Assembly: GCA_035279385.1 (NCBI GenBank)
Contig: DATEHZ010000061.1
Location: forward strand, 4,310-68,309
DNA from: Vulcanimicrobiaceae bacterium
GTDB taxonomy: Bacteria > Vulcanimicrobiota > Vulcanimicrobiia > Vulcanimicrobiales > Vulcanimicrobiaceae
Length of the DNA stretch: 64,000 nt
Reading direction: 5' to 3'
In this document: positions 8,141 through 16,723 of the stretch, piece after piece
How positions within the stretch are numbered: position 1 is the first letter of the stretch
Layout: every line of letters begins with the position of its first letter
Notes under the pieces: model-generated
Seen by the model: the letters and a program-made list of their open reading frames with translations, nothing else
Told to the model about the DNA's origin: nothing
The model's database searches: none
Made by a program: the position numbers and the translations under genes

Positions 8141-9793
8141 ATGGGCAACGGGACATCGGTTTTCCTCGCCGACCTCACCATTGCGCTGGTTGCGGCGAGC
8201 ATACTCGGCTCGCTTGCGCGCGCGCTGCGCATCACGCCGATTCTCGGGTACGTCGTCGCGGGAATCGCCATCGGACCGTTCACGCCGGGCTACCGTACCG
8301 CCGACGCATCGCTGAGCGGTCTGGGTGAACTCGGGCTCATTCTGCTGCTCTTCAGCCTCGGCTTAGGCTTCTCGGTGCGGGAACTGCGGCACGTGGGCAT
8401 CATCCCGAGCATCGGCAACGTCGTGCTGATGGCGGCCTTCGGCGCAGTCACATGGGCGCTCGCGACGCTCGTGCACTTCCCGCATCCGATTACGCTCGCG
8501 CTCGCATTCACGCTCTCCAGCACGGCCATCGGCGTCGCGCTGCTGCAAACCTTCGGACTGCTCGATAAACGTCCCGGACAGGCTGCGGTCGCATTGCTCG
8601 TAATGCAGGATTTGCTCGCCGTGCTCATCCTCGTCGCGACGACGACGCCGCCCGAGCAGCTCACGCCGCTCGGCTCGCTCGTTCCCCTCGTGAAAGCGGC
8701 GATATTCGTGATCGTCGCGCTCGTGCTGGGCGCGACGGTGCTGCACCGAATCGTCATCGGCTTTTTGCGGCGCGCGCCCTCGGAAGCGATGATCGCGTTT
8801 TGCACCGCCGTCGCGCTGGTTGCCGCGTGGCTCGGACACTTGGCGGGTCTTTCGTTCGAGTTCGGCGCGTTCGTCGCCGGTGCGGTGACCTCGGAAGCGG
8901 CGGGAAGCCGCATCGTGCAGTCGATAGTCGCTCCCTTCCGCGAACTCTTCGTCATGCTGTTCTTCGTGTCGATTGGGACGCTCGTCGACGTCGGAGCGCT
9001 GGCCGCGTCGTGGCAAGCAGTCGTCATTATCGGAACGGGCTTGGTCCTCGTGCGCTTCGGCGGATGGTACGCTCTCAGCCGCTTCGTGCATCAGCGCACC
9101 GGAACCGCAATCGCGCTCGGCATCGCGCTCATACCGCTCGGCGAATTCAACGTGGTCCTTGCGAACGACAGCTTTCTCGCGCACCGCTTGAATTCGAACG
9201 AGTACGGCTCGGCGATCGGCGCCACGCTGCTTTCCATCCTGCTCGCCGCACTGGCGGCGCGCATCGTGGCGCCGCGCAGAACCGCGATGGACGGCGCCGC
9301 ACGTGCGCCCTCCGAGACGCACGCGAACGTGCCGCCCGCGATCGTCATTCTCGGATACGGACGCGCGGGGCGCACCGTCGGCGCGCTCTGTCTGCGCGCC
9401 GGCATCGCGTTTTCCGTCGTCGAACTCGACGTCGACGCGCTGCGGCTCGCGCAGCAAGAGGGCGTGGACGCGCACTATGGCGACGGCGCGGATCCCAGCG
9501 CGATCGCGCGCGTGCTCACACCGCAAACGCGGATCGTGCTGAGCACCATTCCCGACTCTGCGATCAACGCCGCAATCGCGCGGCGATTGGCAACGCACGG
9601 CGTGCGCGTTGTGTCGCGCGCGGAACGCCTGCGCGACGTGCCGATGGTGCGCAAAGCCGGTGCGAAGGACGTGCTCGTTCCCGAAGCGGAAGGCGCGTTC
9701 GGTTTTGCGCAAGCGGTCCTCGCGGAGCTCGGCTTAACGGAGGATCATATCGATGCGCTGATCCGCGAGCAGCGCGCGGCCCTGGCTTACTGA
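8141..9793 (+). CDS. Cation:proton antiporter (CPA2/Kef-type) with C-terminal TrkA-N/RCK domain
   Basis: Na_H exchanger-like N-terminus (ILGYVVAGIAIGPFTPG), about 12 TM segments, Rossmann motif ILGYGRAGR. Confidence 0.85.
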   Translation: MGNGTSVFLADLTIALVAASILGSLARALRITPILGYVVAGIAIGPFTPGYRTADASLSGLGELGLILLLFSLGLGFSVRELRHVGIIPSIGNVVLMAAFGAVTWALATLVHFPHPITLALAFTLSSTAIGVALLQTFGLLDKRPGQAAVALLVMQDLLAVLILVATTTPPEQLTPLGSLVPLVKAAIFVIVALVLGATVLHRIVIGFLRRAPSEAMIAFCTAVALVAAWLGHLAGLSFEFGAFVAGAVTSEAAGSRIVQSIVAPFRELFVMLFFVSIGTLVDVGALAASWQAVVIIGTGLVLVRFGGWYALSRFVHQRTGTAIALGIALIPLGEFNVVLANDSFLAHRLNSNEYGSAIGATLLSILLAALAARIVAPRRTAMDGAARAPSETHANVPPAIVILGYGRAGRTVGALCLRAGIAFSVVELDVDALRLAQQEGVDAHYGDGADPSAIARVLTPQTRIVLSTIPDSAINAAIARRLATHGVRVVSRAERLRDVPMVRKAGAKDVLVPEAEGAFGFAQAVLAELGLTEDHIDALIREQRAALAY

Positions 9794-10527
9794 GGCGCGG
9801 TGGTCGGCGCCGGCGTTCCCGCGAGGCGCGCGTCGGGCGGCTGCGCCGGAAACGTCATATCCGAATACGTCGTGTCGGAGGTCACGGTGAAATTCATCGG
9901 ACCGAAGTGCTGCGGCGCCGTGTAACGGGCGTGCGTGATGACCCAGTGGCCCTGCAGCGTTTGATAATCGAGCGCGATAATCGTCGGATCGCCCACGAAA
10001 CGGATCTCGATGTGCGAGGGCAGCTGCGTTTGCGGATCCTCGACGATGTCGGCGGGATAGAGATCGCCGCTGGGCAGCGCGGGCGTGGGAGCGACCTGCA
10101 GATGCAGATGCGAGGCAGTGCTGTCGGGCGCATACGCGGGCGCCCAAAAACTGATGAACGGAACGACGGCGTTGACGCCGGGATCGGCCGGGGGAATCGG
10201 CCAGAGCGTCGGCGAGACGCGTTTGACGTTGATGTCGACGCGCTTGAGATTCGCGAACCAGCTGTAACTGAACCCCGCAAGCGGATCGAAATACGGGATG
10301 ATTGGGAACGCCTGCCCGATACGCTGCGCGCCCTGGGGCAGGTCTTGCATCACGGCGTAATCGTCGGCTTGGCGGACCGCGACGTACCGGTTGATGTCCT
10401 GCATTCTGCCCACGCTCGCGGCCACGTGCGTGAACTCGCGATAGGTAATATACGCCGGCGGGTTTGCAGCGTAGGCGGTGGCCGTACGGTTGATGAGTTG
10501 GACGAGCGCGAGGTCCGGCGGGAGCAT
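9787..10527 (-). CDS. Hypothetical protein, paralogous to 36574..37308
   Basis: Motif ANPPAYITYREF resembles AAHPPYVTYSERI of the other copy; similar length and layout. Confidence 0.55.
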   Translation of the reverse strand: MLPPDLALVQLINRTATAYAANPPAYITYREFTHVAASVGRMQDINRYVAVRQADDYAVMQDLPQGAQRIGQAFPIIPYFDPLAGFSYSWFANLKRVDINVKRVSPTLWPIPPADPGVNAVVPFISFWAPAYAPDSTASHLHLQVAPTPALPSGDLYPADIVEDPQTQLPSHIEIRFVGDPTIIALDYQTLQGHWVITHARYTAPQHFGPMNFTVTSDTTYSDMTFPAQPPDARLAGTPAPTTAPQ

Positions 10528-10582
10528 GTGCCGCTTTTTTCGCAGAAAGGTGCGCCGTTACTGCCGGAAAAAAGGCGCCTGC

Positions 10583-11764
10583 ATGACCGTCATCGTTCCT
10601 ACGGACCAGGTGCGCGAGCGCGTGGTCGAACTGCGCCGCACCATCCACCGCCATCCCGAGCTCGGGTTCGAAGAACTGCAAACGCAGGCGCTCGTGGAGC
10701 GCGAACTCGATTCGCTCGGCGTCGAGCATCGCCGCGTCGCCAAGACGGGGGTCGTCGGCATCGTACGCGGCGCAAAACCCGGACGCGTCGTCGGCCTGCG
10801 CGCGGACATGGATGCGCTGCCGATCACCGAAAAATCGGGCGAGCCGTTTTCGTCCGAAGTTGCGGGCAAGATGCACGCGTGCGGTCACGACGCGCACACC
10901 GCGATGCTGCTCGGCGCGGCGCGCGTGCTGCAGGGGATGCGCGGGGATCTGCACGGCACGATCGTCCTGCTCTTTCAGCCTGCGGAAGAAGGGCCGGGCG
11001 GCGCGGAACCGATGATCGAGGAAGGCGCGCTCGACGATCCCAAAGTCGAAGCGGTTGCCATGCTGCACGTCGATCACCGTTTGAACGCGGGAACGATCGG
11101 CGTCACACCGGGACCGGTGAACGCCTCCGCCGACGAATTCTACATCACCGTGCAAGGTCGCGGCGGCCACGGTGCGTATCCGCACACTGCAGCAGACGCG
11201 ATTCCCGCGGCGGCAGCGATGGTAAGCGCGCTGCAAACGATCGCGTCGCGCGAGACCGACCCGCTCAAAAGCGTCGTCGTAACCGTCGGGACGATAAGCG
11301 GCGGCTATCGCAACAACGTGATTGCGGACGAAGTGAAGATGAGCGGCACGCTGCGCGCGCACGACCCCGAGATTCGCAACGCGCTCGAATCGCGCGTGCG
11401 GCGCATTCTGGACGGCGTGGCGGCTGCGTACGGCGTGAACGTGCAGGTGCAGGTCAATTACGGCTATCCGCCCGTGGTCAACAACGTGACGCTCGCCGAG
11501 AATTTTTCGAGATACATGAAAACGCACTCGAAGTTGGACGTGCATCGGCCGGCGCCGACGATGGGTGCGGAAGATTTCGCGTACTTTGCGCAGCGCGTTC
11601 CCGGCGTGCATATTCGTCTGGGCATTCGCAACGAGAAAACCGGTGCGGTGCATTCCGGACACAGTCCGGAATTCCGAATCGACGAAGCGGCGCTTCCGGT
11701 CGGCGTGCAAACGCTCGTCGCATTTGCTACCGGCGTTTCGTCGGGTGAAGTTGCGACGGAGTAG
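10583..11764 (+). CDS. M20 family amidohydrolase (N-acyl-amino-acid/hippurate hydrolase type)
   Basis: LRRTIHRHPELGFEE, ADMDALP and HACGHD motifs. Start moved to the internal ATG at 10583. Confidence 0.85.
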   Translation: MTVIVPTDQVRERVVELRRTIHRHPELGFEELQTQALVERELDSLGVEHRRVAKTGVVGIVRGAKPGRVVGLRADMDALPITEKSGEPFSSEVAGKMHACGHDAHTAMLLGAARVLQGMRGDLHGTIVLLFQPAEEGPGGAEPMIEEGALDDPKVEAVAMLHVDHRLNAGTIGVTPGPVNASADEFYITVQGRGGHGAYPHTAADAIPAAAAMVSALQTIASRETDPLKSVVVTVGTISGGYRNNVIADEVKMSGTLRAHDPEIRNALESRVRRILDGVAAAYGVNVQVQVNYGYPPVVNNVTLAENFSRYMKTHSKLDVHRPAPTMGAEDFAYFAQRVPGVHIRLGIRNEKTGAVHSGHSPEFRIDEAALPVGVQTLVAFATGVSSGEVATE

Positions 11765-11838
11765 ACGAGCAGGCGCTGCTACCGCTTGTGGGTAACCGGT
11801 GAAGAGGCACTATATGTTGTGGTGCCGAACCCTCGCCC

Positions 11839-12366
11839 ATGGCAATATTGCGTCCTTCGAACGCCCCTACCGGCGTCGTTGCTCGCCCCGGGACGCGGCT
11901 GCTGAGCGCATCGGTCGACGTCCAGGCCGCCGCGGAAGCAGCATTCGAACTCCTCTGCGCGGTTGAAAAATGGCCGGTCTGGCTCTCTTTCCTGCGCAGC
12001 GCCGAAGTGCGTCAGGCGGGCGAGCCGCTCGGCATCGGAAGCGAGATCGTTCTTCGCTCCGCAATTCCGGGACACGACGAGCAGCTCTTCGAGGTCGATC
12101 ACTTCATCACGAGCCATCAGCTCTCGCTGGTCGGCGCGTACTCGATCCGCCGCCGCTTGGATTTTCGCATCGAACGCAAGACGACGCGCTGCCGCGTGCA
12201 CGCGCGGCTCGAGTACCCCGCGTACGGCGGGAAGCTCGGCACCCTCTACGACGCGCTGCGCTCCGGCCGCAAGCTCGCTACGCAGCTCGACGAGTCGCTG
12301 CTGCACTTCAAGCATCTGGCCGAATACGACCCCGCTCCGAAGGACGATTTGCTCGCGGACTTCTAG
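11839..12366 (+). CDS. SRPBCC (START/polyketide cyclase-like) family protein
   Basis: Size and the pattern ...FELLCAVEKWPVWLSFL... are typical of SRPBCC proteins. Confidence 0.65.
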   Translation: MAILRPSNAPTGVVARPGTRLLSASVDVQAAAEAAFELLCAVEKWPVWLSFLRSAEVRQAGEPLGIGSEIVLRSAIPGHDEQLFEVDHFITSHQLSLVGAYSIRRRLDFRIERKTTRCRVHARLEYPAYGGKLGTLYDALRSGRKLATQLDESLLHFKHLAEYDPAPKDDLLADF

Positions 12367-12379
12367 CGTTTAGCAGTCG

Positions 12380-12409
12380 TTGACGCCGATTGCTAGAGCC
12401 CGGTATACT
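12380..12409 (+). promoter_or_regulatory. Sigma70-like promoter placing the TSS on the ATG of the FmdB-like gene (leaderless)
   Basis: TTGACG-18 nt-TATACT. The -10 ends 7 nt before A of the ATG at 12416, with no SD in between. Confidence 0.45.
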
Positions 12410-12415
12410 TGCCTC

Positions 12416-12643
12416 ATGCCGCTGTACGATTATCAGTGTTCCAAGTGCCAGCACGTCGTCGAAGTCCGTCACGGCTTTAACGACACGTATACCGAAGCGT
12501 GTCCCGCCTGCGGCGGCGAGCTGAAACGCATCATCAGTCCGGCGCCGGTCATCTTCAAAGGCTCCGGCTTCTACGTCACGGACTCCCGCAAACCGTCCTC
12601 GAGCGAGGGCTCCTCGTCCTCGTCGAAAGAGTCCGCGGCCTAG
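12416..12643 (+). CDS. FmdB family zinc-ribbon protein
   Basis: MPLYDYQCSKCQH...CPACGG and a Ser-rich tail, the CxxC_CxxC_SSSS signature. Confidence 0.8.
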   Translation: MPLYDYQCSKCQHVVEVRHGFNDTYTEACPACGGELKRIISPAPVIFKGSGFYVTDSRKPSSSEGSSSSSKESAA

Positions 12644-12649
12644 CGCGCC

Positions 12650-12985
12650 ATGAGCGCCTGGACGTGGGTACTCATCGGGCTGTGCGCCGCCGGCGTGCTG
12701 CTTGCGATCGCGTCGTGCGTTCCGGTCATACGGTTGGTCTTGCGGCTGCGCTCGCGCGTCCAGAACTTGCAGAACGCGCGCCTCTTCACGTCGGCGCAGG
12801 CGCTGCAACTGCAGGGTAACCGGCTCGAGCACATCGCCGGAAAAGCGGCGCCCGAGGCGGCACGCGCGAAGGCTGCGGTCGAAACCATTCGGGCCGGCGC
12901 TGCGACCGCCGGCGTTCCCGAAATCAGCGATGCGCTGAGCGCCGCCGGCGCGCAGATATCGCAGCTGATCGCGACGCTGCGCTAA
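12650..12985 (+). CDS. Membrane-anchored hypothetical protein
   Basis: N-terminal TM (WVLIGLCAAGVLLAIASCV) followed by Ala-rich helices. Confidence 0.5.
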   Translation: MSAWTWVLIGLCAAGVLLAIASCVPVIRLVLRLRSRVQNLQNARLFTSAQALQLQGNRLEHIAGKAAPEAARAKAAVETIRAGAATAGVPEISDALSAAGAQISQLIATLR

Positions 12986-12988
12986 ACG

Positions 12989-14140
12989 CTATTCAGGATT
13001 CCCGCTCTCCTCGTCTTCGGGCGGCTCCCAGTGCCAGCCCGTCGGTCCGGGCATTCCCGGCGGTCCGGGAATCGGCGGAAGACCGAAGGGTGAGGCGGCG
13101 TCCGCCGGCGCTTGCACACCCGGCACCGCAAACGGCGCGCCGAACGGCATACCGGTTTCCATCGGGGCCGGAGGCGGCGGTGCGGCCGCGCCTATTCCGA
13201 ACGGGCTCGCGGGCGGCGGCGCCGCAGGCTGCGCGGTCGCGGGCTTCGGCGTCTCGGGCGTCCACGTCGACCAGTTCAGGCTCGGCATCGGCGGGGGCGC
13301 CGCGGCAGCGCGCATGGGCTCGACGATCGGCGGCTCGGGGACCGGCTCGCGGCTTTGCGCGGCTTTTGCGACTTCGGGTGTCGGCGTGGGTTCTTCGCGC
13401 GGCGTGAAGATCGGCTGGCGCAAATCGCCGACGGCCGCGCCCATCAGCACGTAGCGCGGCGGCGGCAGAATCATCGTATCGGTTCGCCGCGCAAGCGCGC
13501 GCAATTCCTCGAGATCGGTGCGCGGCGCGTCCTCGACTTCCATCGTGTCGAGCAGCAACTCGATCGTATCGCGCAAGTACTCCAGCGGCGGAATCTTTGC
13601 AAACGCGAAGACGTGCTGCGAGATGTCCGCCTTCACCGCTTGCAGCAGTTTGCGCCAATATTCCAGCGGCTGGTAATATTCGAACTGTCCGAGTTCGCGC
13701 TTGGCCTGCGAATACAGGCGGGCAATGCGCTTACCGATCGGATCCGCCGGCGGCCCGGGCTCCACGACGGCGACGCGCTGTGCGACGCGCGAGAGCTCGG
13801 AAACGATCTGCGCGTGGAAGAACGGATCCTGTTCGTGCAGATAATGAAACGCCACGGCCAGATCGAACGTATCCGCCTTCGCCGGAATAACCGACGTGCT
13901 GCCGCGCAGCAGCGCCGCCCCGATGTTTTGAAATTTGTGGAACACCTGCTCGCGATGCTCGATGACGCTGACGTCGGCACCCGCTTCCATCGCGCGGTGA
14001 ATCCATCGCGCATCCTCACCGTATCCGCAGAACAGCACGCGCGTGCCCGGCTCGATGACGAGCGCGTCCCAGATGAGATTGTCGATGTACCGCGATTCGC
14101 GTTCGAACTCGTCGGCTGAATAGCGGGGCGTTTGGTTCAC
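12989..14140 (-). CDS. Hypothetical protein with a Pro-rich C-terminal tail (N-domain possibly methyltransferase-like)
   Basis: 383 aa, GTG start overlapping the aroA stop (GTGA). VLFCGYGED resembles a degenerate SAM motif I. About 130 aa of low-complexity P/A-rich tail. Confidence 0.55.
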   Translation of the reverse strand: MNQTPRYSADEFERESRYIDNLIWDALVIEPGTRVLFCGYGEDARWIHRAMEAGADVSVIEHREQVFHKFQNIGAALLRGSTSVIPAKADTFDLAVAFHYLHEQDPFFHAQIVSELSRVAQRVAVVEPGPPADPIGKRIARLYSQAKRELGQFEYYQPLEYWRKLLQAVKADISQHVFAFAKIPPLEYLRDTIELLLDTMEVEDAPRTDLEELRALARRTDTMILPPPRYVLMGAAVGDLRQPIFTPREEPTPTPEVAKAAQSREPVPEPPIVEPMRAAAAPPPMPSLNWSTWTPETPKPATAQPAAPPPASPFGIGAAAPPPPAPMETGMPFGAPFAVPGVQAPADAASPFGLPPIPGPPGMPGPTGWHWEPPEDEESGNPE

Positions 14141-15411
14141 TCTTGCGCCTTCCGAAGTGTCGGCAGAAAGTCGGGGAAGCTGACCTCGATGCTGGATTCG
14201 TCGTTGATGCGCAGCCCTCCGGCGCCCGCAGCCAGCGCCGCAGCAGCCATTGCGGTGCGGTGATCGCCGTGCGTCTCAACCAGCGCGCCCTCGCACCGAG
14301 GCTCCCCGCCGTGAATCGCAAGACCGTTCGGCAGCGGTTCCACCGGCACGCCCGCAGCGCGCATCAGGCGCAGGATCGCGGCAAGCCGATCCGATTCTTT
14401 GGTGCGCAGCTCCTGTACGCCCGTAATCCGCGTTTCGCCGCGTGCGAACGCGGCGGCGACGGCAAGCACGAGCAGCTCGTCTATAGCGCGCAGCGCGAGA
14501 TCCTGGCCGACGGATATGCCGTGCAGCTGCGCGGACCGCACCGTGATGTCCGCGATCGGTTCGCCGCAGCGCTCCCGCGGATTCTCGATCTCGATGCGGG
14601 CGCCCATTTGCACGAGCGCGTCGAGCAAACCCGTGCGCGACGGATTTACGCCCACGTCGGTCAAGGTGATCGCGCTGCCTTGCGCCACCGTGGCGGCGAC
14701 GATGAAGAAGGCCGCCGCCGAAAAATCGCCCGCGACGTCGACGTCCGCAAAGCGCGTGGGCATCGATCGCAAGTCGACCGTCGAGCGATCGAAGGTGACG
14801 TCGCTCCCGAAATACCGCAGCAAACGCTCCGTATGATCGCGCGAGCCTTTGTCGCCGAGTGTTGCGACGGGCGTACCGGAGAACACGCCGGCGAGCAGCA
14901 GCGCGGTCTTTATCTGCGCGGACGCCGAGACGAGGATGAAGCGGCGCGTCTGCGGCGCGCCGCGTCCCTCGAGAAGCGCGGGCAGCGTACCGTTCGCGGT
15001 CGTGATATGCGCGCCGAACGCCCGCAGCTGCGCTGCGACCGGTTCCATCGGGCGGCGGCGCAGCGAATCGTCCCCGTCAAACTGCGCGCGCAGGTTTGCG
15101 CCCGTGCAGACGCCGAGCATCATGCGCGCCGTCGATCCGGAGTTCATACAATCGATGCGGTGCTGCGGCTCGTGCAGCACCGCGCCGCGCACCCGCGCCG
15201 TCGTACCGTCGAGTTCGATCTCGGCGCCGATCGCCTGCAATGCTTGCACGGTGGCGCGCACGTCCCGGCCGGGATTGAGGTTGCGCACGGTTACGGCGTC
15301 CGGGCTTTTTGCCGCGAGCATCAGGGCCCGGTGCGAAATCGATTTATCACCGGGGACCGCGATCGCGCCGTGCAGCGGACCCGGGTAGAGGCTTACGTCG
15401 GTAGTAGACAT
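14137..15411 (-). CDS. aroA: 3-phosphoshikimate 1-carboxyvinyltransferase (EPSP synthase)
   Basis: GDKSISHRALMLAA near the N-terminus, 424 aa, EPSPS-like throughout. Confidence 0.9.
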   Translation of the reverse strand: MSTTDVSLYPGPLHGAIAVPGDKSISHRALMLAAKSPDAVTVRNLNPGRDVRATVQALQAIGAEIELDGTTARVRGAVLHEPQHRIDCMNSGSTARMMLGVCTGANLRAQFDGDDSLRRRPMEPVAAQLRAFGAHITTANGTLPALLEGRGAPQTRRFILVSASAQIKTALLLAGVFSGTPVATLGDKGSRDHTERLLRYFGSDVTFDRSTVDLRSMPTRFADVDVAGDFSAAAFFIVAATVAQGSAITLTDVGVNPSRTGLLDALVQMGARIEIENPRERCGEPIADITVRSAQLHGISVGQDLALRAIDELLVLAVAAAFARGETRITGVQELRTKESDRLAAILRLMRAAGVPVEPLPNGLAIHGGEPRCEGALVETHGDHRTAMAAAALAAGAGGLRINDESSIEVSFPDFLPTLRKAQE

Positions 15412-15502
15412 GGGACTTTAGGCTTATTTCCGCCGCATTATCGCAAGTTCTTCCTGATTTTGTGCGAAATTCGCAGTCCTACGGAAGTCGAGGAATAGGG
15501 CA

Positions 15503-16594
15503 ATGGAGGCTTGGCGAACGCGCGAAGGAACCGCGCTGCTGGTGTATTACGGCGCGCTCATTGCCCTTATCTTTGCCGCGATACCCTACGCCGGGAAACC
15601 CGCGCATCTCTTCGCCGGCGTGCCGTTTTGGCTTCGCTTCGCCCCGGTCGCTGCTGCGGTCACGCTGGTCGCGGCGGTTTATGCGGTGCCGCCGCTGCGC
15701 GCCCACGCGTACCGGCTGCAACTTTTCAACGTTTCCGTGTTCCTCTTGGCCGTCGTCGCCGTCTGCGCGCATAGGGGCGGCCCGGGCGCGACGCTGGCAA
15801 TGGCGCTCTGCATGTTCGGCGTGCAATACGCGTTCATGCGCTGGGAAGACCTCGTCGCCGCGTACGCGCTTTCCATCGGGCTGTACGAAGCGCTCGCCGC
15901 AGCATCCGGCGTCCTGCTCTCCGCGCAAAGCTTCTATACGGCCGAGATTCTCGCAGCAGTTGCGCTCGTCTGCATCGCACTCGGCTCGCTTCGCTTGCGC
16001 AGCACGTATGCGGCCGCGTCGGAACGATTCGCGCTCGAACAGCAGACCGCGGAGCTTCGGCGGCAAACCGAACGCAACGCGCGCATGGCCCGTACGGACC
16101 AGCTCACCGGACTGCTCAATCGCGCGGGAATGAACGATCTCATCGATCGCGCGCTCGTGCTCGCAAAGAACAACGGCACGCAGACGGCGCTGCTCTATCT
16201 GGATCTGGACGGCTTCAAAAAGATCAACGACGCATGCGGCCACGACGCGGGCGACCTCGCGCTCGTCGAAGCGGCACTGCGCCTGCAGTACCATCTGCGC
16301 TTCGGGGAAACCGCAGGACGAATCGGCGGCGACGAATTCGTGATCGTGCTGCCGTGGGTGAACGGAATCGAAGAAGCGCAAGCGCTTGCACGCCGTATCG
16401 AAGAAGCGCTCGCGGAGCCGTTCCAATCGGGAGGGCACCTGTTCCCGCTCTCTGCGAGCATCGGCATCGCGCTGGGCGCGTGCGGCGATACGCGCCTGGA
16501 CTTGCTCAGCGCCGCGGATAATGCGATGTACGAGGTCAAACGCCGGCGCAAAGGGCAGAACCTGCTTGCGGTGGCCGACGCGCGCGGCGTGTAA
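15503..16594 (+). CDS. Membrane-bound diguanylate cyclase (GGDEF)
   Basis: N-terminal TM region, then DQLTGLLNR...DLDGFKKIND..GRIGGDEF. Confidence 0.85.
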   Translation: MEAWRTREGTALLVYYGALIALIFAAIPYAGKPAHLFAGVPFWLRFAPVAAAVTLVAAVYAVPPLRAHAYRLQLFNVSVFLLAVVAVCAHRGGPGATLAMALCMFGVQYAFMRWEDLVAAYALSIGLYEALAAASGVLLSAQSFYTAEILAAVALVCIALGSLRLRSTYAAASERFALEQQTAELRRQTERNARMARTDQLTGLLNRAGMNDLIDRALVLAKNNGTQTALLYLDLDGFKKINDACGHDAGDLALVEAALRLQYHLRFGETAGRIGGDEFVIVLPWVNGIEEAQALARRIEEALAEPFQSGGHLFPLSASIGIALGACGDTRLDLLSAADNAMYEVKRRRKGQNLLAVADARGV

Positions 16595-16608
16595 GCGCGA
16601 ACGTATTC

Positions 16609-16691
16609 TGGGGAAAGAGAGACTCGAACTCTCATGGGCGTTAGCCCGGCCGCTTTTGAGGCGGCTGCGTCTACCGTTCCGCCATTTCCCC
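16609..16691 (-). tRNA. tRNA-Leu(CAA), no encoded CCA
   Basis: Reverse complement folds: acceptor GGGGAAA/TTTCCCC, TGGCGGAA D region, anticodon arm GCCGC-CTCAAAA-GCGGC, long variable arm. Confidence 0.9.
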
Positions 16692-16723
16692 GGAAGGCCT
16701 ACGGCCGATTCGCTGAGTGCCGC

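Noticed and set aside
8800-11748. Very long ORFs in the track: 982 aa at 8800..11748, 658 aa at 9734..11710, 655 aa at 18008..19975, 523 aa at 58591..60162 and 464 aa at 18855..20249.
   Set aside because: They are extremely Arg/Ala/Gly-rich. They run through or antisense to genes with clear family signatures (Kef, M20, APC-GH35, lipoprotein). These are typical shadow ORFs of high-GC DNA.
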